Shown in pieces: positions 14,801-27,700 of a stretch of 64,000 bases of DNA. The stretch's first letter is position 1, and each line of letters begins with the position of its first letter. This DNA comes from Daphnia carinata. Lineage: Eukaryota. Location of the stretch: assembly GCF_022539665.2 (NCBI RefSeq), contig NC_081333.1, forward strand, positions 1,116,001 to 1,180,000, read 5' to 3'. The position numbers were made by a program, and so were the translations under genes. The notes under the pieces were generated by a model that did not search any database, was not told the origin of the DNA, and was given only the letters and a program-made list of their open reading frames with translations.

Positions 14801-15788
14801 GCCTACAAACAGGATGGATCCCTGCTGTATGGGGAAGAGAGGGCTTCCATTTTTCCCACTGGGGCGGTCTTGTACGGCAAAAAAAATATATTTCTATTTA
14901 GAGAGAGAGAGAAAAGGAAGAGGGGGAGAGAAAAGGGGAGGGCATTCTCCACAGCTGCTGGGGTGCATAGGCCTGGGTCCCCTAAAAAAAAAAAGGCCTA
15001 AGGGGCTCATCCTCTTCCCCTTGCCCTTGGATTTATCGAATTCTCTTCTTTTGCCCTACTTTCATCAAGAATTTCCCCCTCTTCTCCTTGTTCGTCAGTT
15101 TTTGAGTTGTTCTCACTTCATTCATGGAACTCTCTGCTGTTTCTCTTGTCGACCGGGATCGAATTCTATGGTTCTGTTTCTTCATTCATCCTCCATGTTT
15201 TTTTTTTCGTTGTGCACCAAAGATACGTAGAAAACCAAGCGTTCAGAATCGTGATATTCGAGTCGAAACGGAACTCAACAGAACAACCCACTTATCACTC
15301 TGTTAACAGTCCTGTTTTTGAATAAACATTCTCTTACGTTCTCACTGTTTAAACAACGCGCCTTCCTTCTACTACTCTGTTATATATATATATATATATA
15401 TTTTTATCTCTCTAGCTTCTTTTTGACTCGACAGAGCTCGTTTGCTGAGGCTGGCTGACCTTTATCGGTTTTCCACAACCAACACACCAAAAAGTGGCAT
15501 ACGAGATTATGGCTTACCACCAACGGAGCAGCTTATTCATTTCACTCAAAATGAAAACTGTTGTTGACTTTTGCCGAATGTTTATACGAATGATAGCGTG
15601 CACGTAACTTGCTCAAAACGGTCACCATTTTATCCATTCGCGTTAAGTCTTTTTTGCCGATAGGTTGCAGCACTAGGGTAGTAATTTCTCAATAATTTCT
15701 ACGCTAGATGGCAGTTCCACACTGTCAACATAAACACGAATTTATTTTATGCTAATTTGACTTCCCAAGGGATTTCTTTTCAGAAATT

Positions 15789-18700
15789 ATGGCTGATCAA
15801 GAGGTAAGTTTTAGCTTGTTTTAAATATGTCTCTTTTCACTCTCGTCATGTATAACCGGTCTCCTAGAACAAAATTAGTTTCCCCTTTGGCACGTGCACT
15901 TTCGGATCAATCCACGGATTCGAATTAATTGTCAATCAATCAAGGACATAATTCTACTCTGAAATTTTACCGATTATCTGAGAACTTGGTACATTTAAAG
16001 ACCATTTTATAGTGTCCTTCAAGATTGCGTTTCCAGCATTTTCGTTTTGTCAAAAACTGACCTTGAACTGGATGCTCCACCATTAACAACATTTTAATAA
16101 ATCATGAATCAAATTTATTCAGGATGAGGAAGTCTTCGAGATTGTGGATTTCACATCGGCATCTGAATGGGAGGTGTTCATTTCAAGGCTGGAAGAAATT
16201 CTGCTCTCCTGGCAACTTTCTTTGAAAGACAAAGAGGAAGCCATCACCTCATTTGTAGATCTAAATGGAAATTGGAAATCCTCATCTGAAGACATCTGCT
16301 TTGCTGGTATAGTTAGATTACAAATCAAAAATTCTTTCTTCATTCTAATAGTTCACATGTATTTCAGGACATCCTTTCATATTAACACACCACTGGGTAG
16401 AACAGCCTACTGTAAACAATGATACAAATAAAATTGAGTTACCTGCAGAAAAGAAAGGCTGCCAAGTGTCTGCATCTTTAATGGATAATCGTCATGATTT
16501 TCCTTTCAACTGTCTTCCTCTTGCCAAGTACTATGGCCTTAGTGATTTTGTAGTTATTACACCGGCTGGCAATGAAATGTTGTCTTCAGAGGATCGAATC
16601 AACCTTCTTTTAAGTTCCATTACAATTGCAGTTGGCAACATTCAAAGGTACCATTAAATTTCGCATGAAAATTTTTTTACCAATCTAATAAAACATTTTT
16701 CGTGTTCTGACCTTAACCAAAAAGCCGGGCTCCAGTGTTTATTCAGATACATTCCAAATCACAGCAGCTGTATCAAGGCATATTTGAATGTAAAAATCTC
16801 CGTACGGATTTTCAAATGGTACTCCTCAAACGTATCCCACCAACTTGTAAATACCTGTCAGGTAGGAACATTTTCCTTCATTTAATCTCTCTTTTTTTTT
16901 TGTAATAATTATATTTTACATCAATGGTACTGTAGGATTAACTGAACTTTTCAAGGACAAAATTGGAAGTACTCCAGTCGACCCAGTAGACTTATCAGTC
17001 TGTTGGACTTATAGTTTATCTGATATCCGAAATGGTGGATGGGAAAAGTGGCCTCAGCCACCACCAGATTTTGAATCAATGGGAGGAGTGGTAGGGAATG
17101 CTCCGCTTGGCCAGCTTGGATTTGGCGCTATCAAGGATCCCATAAAGTATGTTAGTTGGCAGCTATCCTAAACCATTGATTACCAATTGTTGATGTTGTA
17201 GAGAAATCAGGGTATCTGCAGTCTGGACCGGTTTAAACGAAGATGTGGTGGTTGACAGCGAAGTGTACAGTGACCTAGATCCTGTACAGGCGCCCTTGTG
17301 GATAGCTCGTCTTGTGTTGAACGAACAAGTACCGTCGCTGCTAATTAAGAGTCTTTGTTCTTTCTTGGATTTATGCAAATCGCGCGAGTCTATCGAGCAA
17401 CTACTCGGCAAAAACTACACCGTTTTGCAAAGTCCCGGCAAGTGACACTATCAAAGCAACACCAATTCAGCTTGCCCGTTTACGCTTTTCTTTGTACAGA
17501 TAGTCCCGAGTACGAACGGGCTCTTGGAGCCCTCACAAAGGAAAGAAAAGGTTATGGATTGCTGTCGTCCAATAGGTTGCCATTTGGTAGCAAAAAAGCT
17601 CAAACTGGTGGACCCATTCCTGAAACTATGATGGTGAATCTTCTCAACTACTTGTTTCCAGACGCCGAAGGAGATTTAGAGGTATTCACCTTGAGGCTAC
17701 CAATTCTTGTAGATAACAGTTTTTAACGTTATTTTTATTTTTCAAAAAATCAAAACAAACAAACAATATAATGCAACAGAGTCAAACACATCCTTATCCT
17801 GAACAGTTTCAGACCGATTGTTCCGCATCAATAGACAGTACGTGGAAGGTATGAAAAATTTTAAACGAACTTGGATGGAAGATGGGACCTGATTAGTCAT
17901 ATGATTGAACGATAAAAGGAATGCTTCTCGGCCTTCAAGACATCACCAGTAGACAGCTTAGTGTGGCGGTTAGCCACAGCCGTCGTCTACACTATGACGC
18001 ACCTCAATGGGATAGAGGGCGTGGCCCACTTGTGGCACGAGATCGTGCTAGAACTGCGATTCCGCTGGGAAAACGGCTACGCTATTCCGGGGTAAGTCCA
18101 CATTTAATTAAAAAATAACATACAAAACGGGTCGCGTATCGATAAAGATGACCAAAGAAACGAAACAAAAAGGAAACGAAACAAATGAAAGTAAGGCATG
18201 TTGAAGCGCTCGACTTAATTTTTCGCCTTCTACCTGTGTGAAAAAACGTGCGCCGTGGACAACAGCGGTTAATGAGCAAAGGGAAAACCACACTTCATTT
18301 TTCAGAGACGAACCAAATCATTGCGCATGGTGTTGTGAGCCATGTATATATCCATATCATGATCGGTCCAGTTTTCCGTTTCGCCGGAACGGACGGATGA
18401 TCCGGGTCGCATCCGATGACTGTTGTGTCGTTGTTGCTGAGAATTCATGGCGGGCATGGGCTGATGTGGTCGTCTTCCGGCTAATAATCCACTTGTGCTG
18501 CTGCTTCCTCCCGGTTCACGATCCGTTTCCCAGCTGCTTTCATCTCCAGTTGTTTGCTGTTGTTGATGTTGTTGGTCCGACGAATCTTGTTGTTGTTGAA
18601 GATGAGCCGCCCGACGACGAAGTTGTTCTGAACGCCTACTCGAGTATTGGCTTCCCGCTCTGGTAGATGCCCGACTTGCTCGGGACGCCCGTCCATTCAC

Positions 18701-21700
18701 AGCCGCCGCTGCCGCCAGTTCGCTCATCCGTAGATCCGCCAATGAATGGTGTGATGCCCGGAGATCTAATTTGTTGATTAGCGTATTGTTATTGGTTTAT
18801 TTATCTATCTATCTATCTAGTTTTCGCAGTTTTTTTAAGTGTCTAATGTCCGTCGCGTTTTGGTCACGAAGCCGTCAAGGGGAGGGGGGGGGGGGGATTG
18901 CAAGTGGTTTTGTATGTTAACATCCTTTCATATGTACACCCATCGAGTCCAAATGGTTGGTTGGTCAATTAAGCATGGAAAAGATTAAGAGATAAATAGG
19001 AAAAGAAATTAAGCTTGAGTTGACGAAAGGGTTTCCGTGGAAGAGGCGGGCAAAGATTCGGATGGTATGAGGGTCGTAGTGCTAGTTGTTAGAATTTCGT
19101 TTGTCGCATCCGTTTGGCCGGTCGGAAGTGTGACATTGCCAGATTTGACGTTCGGGTGTTTGCCCTTGCTGTGGTGTCTTTTGTTTTGTCCGTTTTGGTT
19201 CGTCATTTTGGTACTTTTGCCACTACATCCCGTTCCGTTTCTACCTGCTCTCGAGAGTCCCATTCCGGATAGGGTAGGCAGTCCAGCCATGGCGTTCATA
19301 CTGCCGCCCATGCCGGCCATACCGAGAGGGCCCAATCCCATTCCGTGAAGTCCGCTCAAATGGTGACCCATCGCACCGCCCATTCCGTGATGGAGACCCG
19401 GCGGAAGGTACGAAGGGCCTCGTCCGGACAATGCCGAAACACTTCGTTGCGTTGGGCCGTCGATCAGCGATCTCGAACGAAGCAAATTCACGCCGCCGTT
19501 ACCCGATTTGTTCACCGAGTAACCAGACACGTGTGAACGTGCGTCATCGGCGATGAACCCACCGTTGACCGAGCCCATCACCGATCCTAGAGTGAAATTA
19601 GCTAAAAGTTAGGTTTTTAAAGGGGATGCTTGATGTTGGATGGAGGTCCATTACCGGGTCGGTCGCTGTGGTACATCCTGGCCCTGGGTATACTTCGCGA
19701 ACTGTACATGGACAGTTGGTCCCAGTCTTTGCCATTTCCGCCCAATTGCCCCATGCCCATTGAGCCCATACTGGCCAGGGGGGATTGAACTTGCGAGCCG
19801 GCCAAAGATGTAGCCGTGGTGCTGATTCCATTATGATGCGCTCCGTTGGCGCCGGCCGCCAGCACATTGTTGAGTCGTAATTTTTCACTTTTGAGCGATC
19901 GTTTGCGATTGCAGCAAATGAAAATGACGACGGCCACGACAACTGTTCCGCAAATGGCAGCGCTGGCCGCGATGATGATTTTGTCCATGTGCGAAGCTGC
20001 TTGCGGTTCAGTCCGGATTTCGCGGCATTGAGGGAACGGTACAGTTTCCGGTGTTACGTTGCTTTCTTCCAGCGAAACGACGCATACCACCAAACTCTCC
20101 TGCGTTACATTTTTTTTTTTTTTTTAAATCGAATTTGATATGGGAAAACAAAAAAAAAAAAAATTTTTACCTGAGCGGGAACATTTTTTATTTTGAATTC
20201 ACGTTCAGAAGGATCAAGAGGGGGTCCGGGCTGGAAACTAGTGTCGCCAAAGAGACGGTAGACAACCCGAAATCCGAGAATATTGCTGGTTTCCGAGTCC
20301 CATTGGATGACGACGGAAGTATCTTGACGATAGGCATCTTTGACGATGACCTCGCGCTCTGAAGCGACAGATGACGCGATACCGTCCAGGTGGTTGCCTG
20401 GCGCGTGCACGTCACCTGCGTAATTGTTGCTGTTTCCAGTGATCAAATTAGGCCTTCCACCTGGACCGTAAGGTCTGGTTCGCGATGCCCCGACTCCGCC
20501 TCGCACGAGCTTGTTTGAATTCGTGGAAGATGTCGCTGGTCTCGTATGAGAACTCCTTGCATTTTTCCAATCAGAAATGTTTTGAGTTTGGTTCGTTTTC
20601 ATTGGGGCATAATTATATGGGTCCTACCTGTGAGACGGAGACGGTGACGTAAATCGCGCGGGTGGCCCACCTTCCGTAGTTGGGCGGGAGAGCGACGACT
20701 GCGGTTGCACCTGTTGCCGACGAGGAGGCGCTTGTGTGGGCGGCGGGGGCGGTGATGCAAGAACTTTATCCTCATCTTCTTGGTCTGCTTCATCGACGAC
20801 ACGATTTGTGGTAGTTCGATCAGTGCTAGTACTGCGAACGCCGACAGTTGCGACAATGGTGGTCGATGGAGGTACCATTGGTGTGAAAATATCCTGTTTG
20901 GTCACGTCTTCCGGACATGTCAGCTCTTTAAAGACAACAATATTTTTTGATATATCCTGTTGATATATTTATTTTTTCTAACGTACCGTCGGGTCCGAGT
21001 TGATAGAAACTACGAGAGCGGAAATCAGGAGGACTTCCGCAAAACTGCGGACTGCGTTCACGGCTAGTCACTTGCAAATCAGTGTCGCGAATCCACTCGG
21101 CTACCCAGCGAAGTCGACAATCGCATTCGAGGAATCTTCCGCCAAGACTCAGACCGCGCAACGTGCCATTCAAATGTGCGAACGCTTGACGTGGTAGCGT
21201 AGCTAATGGGTTGCCGTCGAGTGCCAGTAGGGTGAGCAGCGAAGACGGAGAGAAAGCGTCGTCTGGTAGAACGTTCATCAAGTTAAATCCCACGTCAAGC
21301 ACCTGTTAGCGATGCAAAAAAGCAGAACGTTTGAAAGAAAACAATTATTTCAATGACATAGCTGTTAATACGATTTGGGACTGTTGAAGAGATAACTCTG
21401 AACCAGCAGCCATTTTTATTTTTTGAATGCGCCAACCGCCTTTTCTTTCCATCTGTCGTTGGCTCTTCTTTCTCGATTTTTGTTTCTTTTTTTTTTTTTT
21501 TTTTTTTGTCTATTTGCTTTTCCTGTTCACGCTAAAATACGCTCGACAAAATACTAGTCTGTGTTGCGTTTCGAGTTTTTTTTTTTTTTTAAAGAATATT
21601 TTTACGAACAATTTGGCCAAGATTCCAGCTCACGCGCTCATCGACCGTCGCGCATAACCATCCGTAACGATTCCCCCCCTTTTTTTCCATTTGCCAACAG

Positions 21701-24700
21701 CAGCACAGAAACTACAATCATAAATCAAATGAGAACCGATGCCTCTAGCCCTATCGTTGCAATAGAACAATTACGGATGTTATGGTGAAATCGGGGACAG
21801 AAAAACTAAAAATGAGGGGAAGAAAATTGTCCTTTTGAAATTTTGAATGGTGACCTCAAATGTTGGATGGTCGAATTCGAAAAGAAAATTGGGAAAGCCC
21901 TCCCGCTGTTTTTTTTTTTTGTTTTGTTTTTTTTTTAACGTCCGACTTTGGGGTATTTTTGCCTTTGGTAAAATTGATAAGCTTTTAATGTAATAAAAAA
22001 AAGGATATTTGCGTTTTGTTTTTTTCGCAATGCGACGTAAAAAAAATGAGGTCGTTCGCCCAACGGTTGCAGATGCCAAGCGTTTGATAAATCGCAAACT
22101 TGAAATGAGTTGTTTTAGGTAACAGAACCCATTATCTAATTCTGAGCTACCTGGGCTTATTTAAACCGCAGGCATGTTGATTGACTTGAATTGTTTAGAT
22201 TTCTTTAAAGAAACCAAAACCTGATTTGTAGTCATTTGCTTACTCTGAGTTGCGTGAGAGGAGCCAGTCCTTGCGATGGGAATTCGGTGATGAGATTGTT
22301 CAACAGACTCAGCGAGCTGAGGGTATCGTTGACTCCGAGGAATGCGTCCGGTTCGATGGTCGAAAGCGAATTGCGTTCCATATTCAGGGCTGTCAAAGAG
22401 TCCAGGGTACGGAAGAGACCGCCACCGAGACTGCGAATACCGTTCTGAGCCAGGTCGAGGAAAGCTAAAGCGCTGAGAGGACGAACGGCTTCGGCGGGCA
22501 CTTCACGTTGTCGCGTCCCTTTCAGATTCAAATTTTTGAGCGTCCTCTCCAGTCCACGAAACGAGTGCGCCGAGAGTGTCATATTGCCGTTGTCCGCCAG
22601 TTTGAGCGTGTTCAGTTTAAGCGAAGCGAAGGCGTCGTCGGACAAATGGCTTATCCGATTGCCGGACAGGTCGAGCAGAGCCAAAGCTTTGAGAGGTCGA
22701 AGGGCTTCGGTTGGCACAGCCGTCAGAAGGTTGTCTTGCAAATTGAGATTTTTCAGCGTCGTCTCCTGGCCAAGGAAAGCGCGCGGTTGGATGTTGCGGA
22801 TGTGACAGCGCGACATCTGAACATTGTGGACGGTCAGTAGACTTAAGAAATTGTCTCGCAGTTCCATGACGGTGCTATTGTGGACGTAGAACAGGTCGAT
22901 AGTCTGACTTTGAGCGTGTTCGTTCAACGCATCCATTAGAGTTGTGAAATTGACTTGGCCGCACTGCAGCGTGAGTTCTTGCGCCAAATTGTAGGAGCAC
23001 GCGCACGAGCCGTGCAGTCCTGGGACGTTGCGCGACCACGGGCATTGGGCCGTCACGCCGCCAGCCGCCATCCAGCATCCGATGGACAAGACGAGCAACC
23101 ACGTTTCCATCCCTTTTCCCATTCCGACCTGCGTAAGCTAAATAGAAAAGAAGAAAAAAAAGGGACGTTTAAGTTTTTTCGGTAATTTGAACAATTTCGA
23201 AACATCCAAACTCGTTTCGGCCCGTTGAGTCTAATCTATTCCATTGCTGGCAGCTCTGGAAATGGTGGAGCGGTCAGTGACTTTGTGATCCCCTCCAGCC
23301 GATACATCGCCTTACGTCTTTTGAAAGGATTTTTTCCTCTTTCTTTCTTTGGGAAATGAAAAACGACTTCGTACTAGATCAACCGACTCCAGGCGATCTG
23401 ACGTGCCAGAAGCAATGTAACTAGTGATTTCTTACAGTTCCGCCCATCTCACGTTTCCTCTTGAGGGATTCATCTTAATTTTTTATTTATTTTTTTTTTT
23501 TTTTTATCCCTTCCTTTTTTGTTGTTTTGTTAGATGTGTACGTCGTTAGGTACATCTAAACATACGGTTTCAATGCGTCGTAAGAATTCGGGAATTTAAA
23601 ACTGATGTATAGGCAATCGCAGCCATCGACAGCCCATTGAAATATGTCCAAGTTGGACGGTGAACAGGTTGCGCCAAAAACAGCTAAATCGTGAAGTCTT
23701 TGTTAACAGCGTGACTCGTTCGTCTATAAACTCTTCGGTGCAGAACTACAATCGTATACTTTTTGACCGAGGAAAATAAAATAAACGGGTGGTAATAGAA
23801 GGAGACCATATGTCGAATTGGAAACCTTCTGTTGTTGTACTAGCGCACGGGATCATCGAAGACTAAAGGGCAAAAGAAATAAAAAAAAAAATAAAATAAA
23901 ACGTGACATCAATTTACAGAGGAAGAGGCAATCCGTGAGAAGGTCGATGTACTGGCCATCTATTCCATTCCATTTAGATTTGCTTTTTGCGATTAAAACA
24001 GCTATGATACTTTCGAAAAAAGAAGGGAAGCCAGTAATCTTGACAATTTCGCATCGTATCTTGCACTATGTCGAGTGCACGCGGTATGTTTACTTAGTGC
24101 GCGACGGTGAATCAATGGAACGACAGACTTCACGGTACGTCCGCACGTCCACGCAGAATGTCGTCGCAACGGCTATAACGAAGCGGACGTGACCGCGCTT
24201 TCGATCAGCGATGCGTGCGACCCCGTTGGCCATCGCAGCGCATCTATCTTTTTCTTCCTCTGCCGCTCGCCTTGTTATTTGATCATTAATTACGCGTAAC
24301 CTTATTTTTTGTTCTGCGCAATCGCGACGTTCTGACGATGTGTCTTTTTTTTTCTTTTTCTTTTGGGAAAACCTTTTCCCATACAAATTAATCGCTTCAT
24401 TTCATTCCGGTGCGAAGGAATGCGGCCATCCATTGAAAAAAGTCATGCGTGACTATTGTGGCTTTGATTTGAGTACAATAGATTGAATGGAATCCTTTAT
24501 CTAAAAAAAAAACGTGCGATGCACTTTGAAATAAATAGCGAGCACCGATGTGTGTAAGAAAACAAATTAGAAGAAAAAGTAAAAATAATCAGCAGAAATC
24601 TTAAGCCTTTTTAATGGTGTGAAAGTCATTTGGATACAAGCCACCGAATTGCCGTGCGATCCGCATTGAAAATATATATATAAAAAAAAGGGCGTCATGA

Positions 24701-27700
24701 GCCTTTTGAGAATGTACACAACATTTAGAATGACCATATGGCGTGTGTTTTTTTTATGCAATCTGTGTAGCCCGGCATTTTTTTTTTATCCGGTTGGACG
24801 ACGGAATTTGATGGAAATAAGAAAGTGGGCTCGAGGGCGAAAAGATGTTTGTCTTCCGTTCAATGCCCCTTTTTTTTTTTTTCCTCCGCCTTCATAAAAT
24901 ATATATCCCACGGGAAGGATGAAGGGTGGTGAAACATCTCCGTCTTGTTGCACGCACGCTCCTCCGAACGAAAAATGAACTGCCGGTTACGTTCTCCAGG
25001 AGCGAATGACCTCTACCCATTACTCAAAAGATCGTCAGAGAGATTCCCCCCCCCCCCCCCCCCCCGACTATTACTGGCTACTATTACGCTCTGTTATTTT
25101 CAGTTATTCCGCCCGGCGGAAGCTGTTTCCGGGCCGTTGCCCAGCTTCCGCGTTTATTCTTTTTCTCTTTTGTTTCCGAACCAATTGTAATTTTTTTTAA
25201 ATGAATAGAAATGAGGGGGAAAAAAAGAATGGTTTCAATTTACGCTACATGAAGCCAAATTGGGAATTAGGATATCATTGAGGGCTAATTTAATGACGGA
25301 ATAATTCAAACAAATAGGCAAATATGTTTTTTTTTTTTTTTTTTTGAAAAGAAAAAATGGTTGGTCTACCTGTTCACGTTGTGGTGCTCCGTTTGCCTCG
25401 AAGTATGCGACGCGAAGCGAACCAAAATCTCACACAATAATATTGGATAGCACTGTGCCGTTTGTTCTTGTCTTTGGGACTTTTGCGGGGAGAATTGAAA
25501 ATGTGCATGCGCACTTGTCGAAAGTTGGCTAGCAACTGGTTGATGCTGTTGCTCCTCTTTGCTGCCGGTCGTACACCTTCTTCTTTCTTCGATTCTCATT
25601 CCCGCCTCCTTGTGTCCTTGATAGTGACCAGCCGTCCGCATCCTCGTCAATCCCGCCCGCTCCAAGGGTTTAGGGAACCTACAGACCAACAACCCTCTTT
25701 TCTTCCTTTCCTACATTCTCTGTCATTATGATGAGCCCATTATCTCAATTCTCACGCGCGTTTACTACCCGTCAGCCACACAGTTTCTTCGGAGGAACAA
25801 CAACAAAAAAAAAAGCGATTGCTGCCCTGTATGGCTTTCTCGTCGATCGAAACTTCTTTTAGTCTTAAAAAAGAAAAGCGAAAAGATGTTGTTTGAATCT
25901 CGATAGATTAATGTTCTTTCTTTCCTTTTTTTTTTTGCTGGCTAAAACAAGAGAAACCTCACGCTCTGTTTACTTACACATAAATCGTTCATCTTTGTTT
26001 TTTTTTTTCGGTGACGTGCGTTGAATGCAATCCCGATCGTCCTGCTTGATGTCATTTCGGTTTATGGCAAGTGATGACAGTCCGTGATGGATCCACAGAT
26101 TTGAGTATTTAACTTTACCGGTCCGCGTATTTCCTTTTTTTTGCGCAGTAGCCGTGGGAGGTGAAATCCCTTGCATCCAATTTAAATTGTTTCTTTCTTT
26201 CTTTCTTTCTTGAATACGTGTCTTCTTTATGCTTCTTTTTTTTTTTTATTGCCTGAATCGTATCGGGCAGGTTATTATGTCCCGGGCGTAAAAAAAACTG
26301 CGGACTTTAGTGCGTTCCACAGCCGCCAGCATCCTCTTAGATGTTGACAAAGTGAGCATGTCTCTAACGTGCCCCACGAGGAATTGAACAGTTCCCGTTC
26401 TTTCGGCCTAAAAGCGCATCGCACCAGTTAACTCGATGAAGAGTTGGCCGCTTTAGGCTCTTCATTTTTCGTCCTTTGGGATAAGCGGACAGTGCGTTCT
26501 TTATAGTCCCGCCGAAGATTTCGGATGTCAGATCATCATTACCCTTAGGTTCTTTGGAGCTACCTCTTTCTGTCGAAGCCACCATCCATCAGGAACGGAA
26601 AGCCAGTTGGGAAGGGGATTTTGTTTTTGTTTTTTTCTTTCTTTTTTCGTTTGACCTGCTTCAAAGCGTTTTGACGTGTCTAGCAAAGGCCACCTCAATC
26701 GAGTTTAAAAAGCTCTCGAAAACGGGCCGTTGGCAATGTGATGTTATTCTTGTTTTGTTTTTTTCTTCATCCACTGACCTATACCCTAGATCGTGGTATC
26801 CCATAAACTACTTACGGCTAACTGAGTATAATTTGATGAAAAGCTTTCTAATGCCAAAAACAGGTCTAGTAGGTGTTACCGTAGGCCGAAAAGATAAATT
26901 TCCGTCGATAAACCACTTTTTTGTTTGATGGCTTATCCAAGAAAAAAATAGATTGGGTTAATTTGGCGATGTTGGATTGCATTTTGAAATAAGCAGTTGG
27001 CAATTCGTTTGGAATTCACTTGTAATAAAAAGTAAAAAGTCAATCGTCAGCGACGGAGCGAGAGAAAAGATGTCAGTAGTTGGACGAAACGAGTAAATTA
27101 TACGTGAAATTTAGAAAGGGGGGGGGATGTTAGACGAACATTTTCGTACGAATCTCCCACGGTGAAAAACCCCGAAAAAAAAACAAAAAACATTGACCGC
27201 AAACGCTATTAAAAGATGCGTAGAAAACATTGCCGTTTCAAACGAATTTGATTCCGAAAGGCTTTTTTTTTTTTTTTTTGCATATAATTAAATAGACGAA
27301 ACAAATGGTTCTACTTTTGAGCGAGGAGTGAAAGCACCATCTGGACGTTGGATGCTATTCGAATGTAAATTGAAAATTTTCCCTGGCCCCTCGTTTTAGG
27401 CATATCTGCCGCGTAGCCCGTAGAAAAATCCATGCTCGATATTTAGCGTCAACAAAAAATCTTTTGTTCGCTTTGTGAGGTAATAAAAATTGAGATTCGT
27501 AACTGTCAGATTGGGTGATGCTTCAATAATGGTGAAACGAGAACGGCCAATTTAGATGCCAGATGCTCTGAGCTACCGGAGAAAAGATCAAAAGGACGTT
27601 CGCCCCTTTACGTGGTGCAAGACCTGTGGACACACACCACACACAGGTGCGTTCAACCCACACAGTCGACTAAGCCCCAACGATCCGCCTCAGGACCGAG

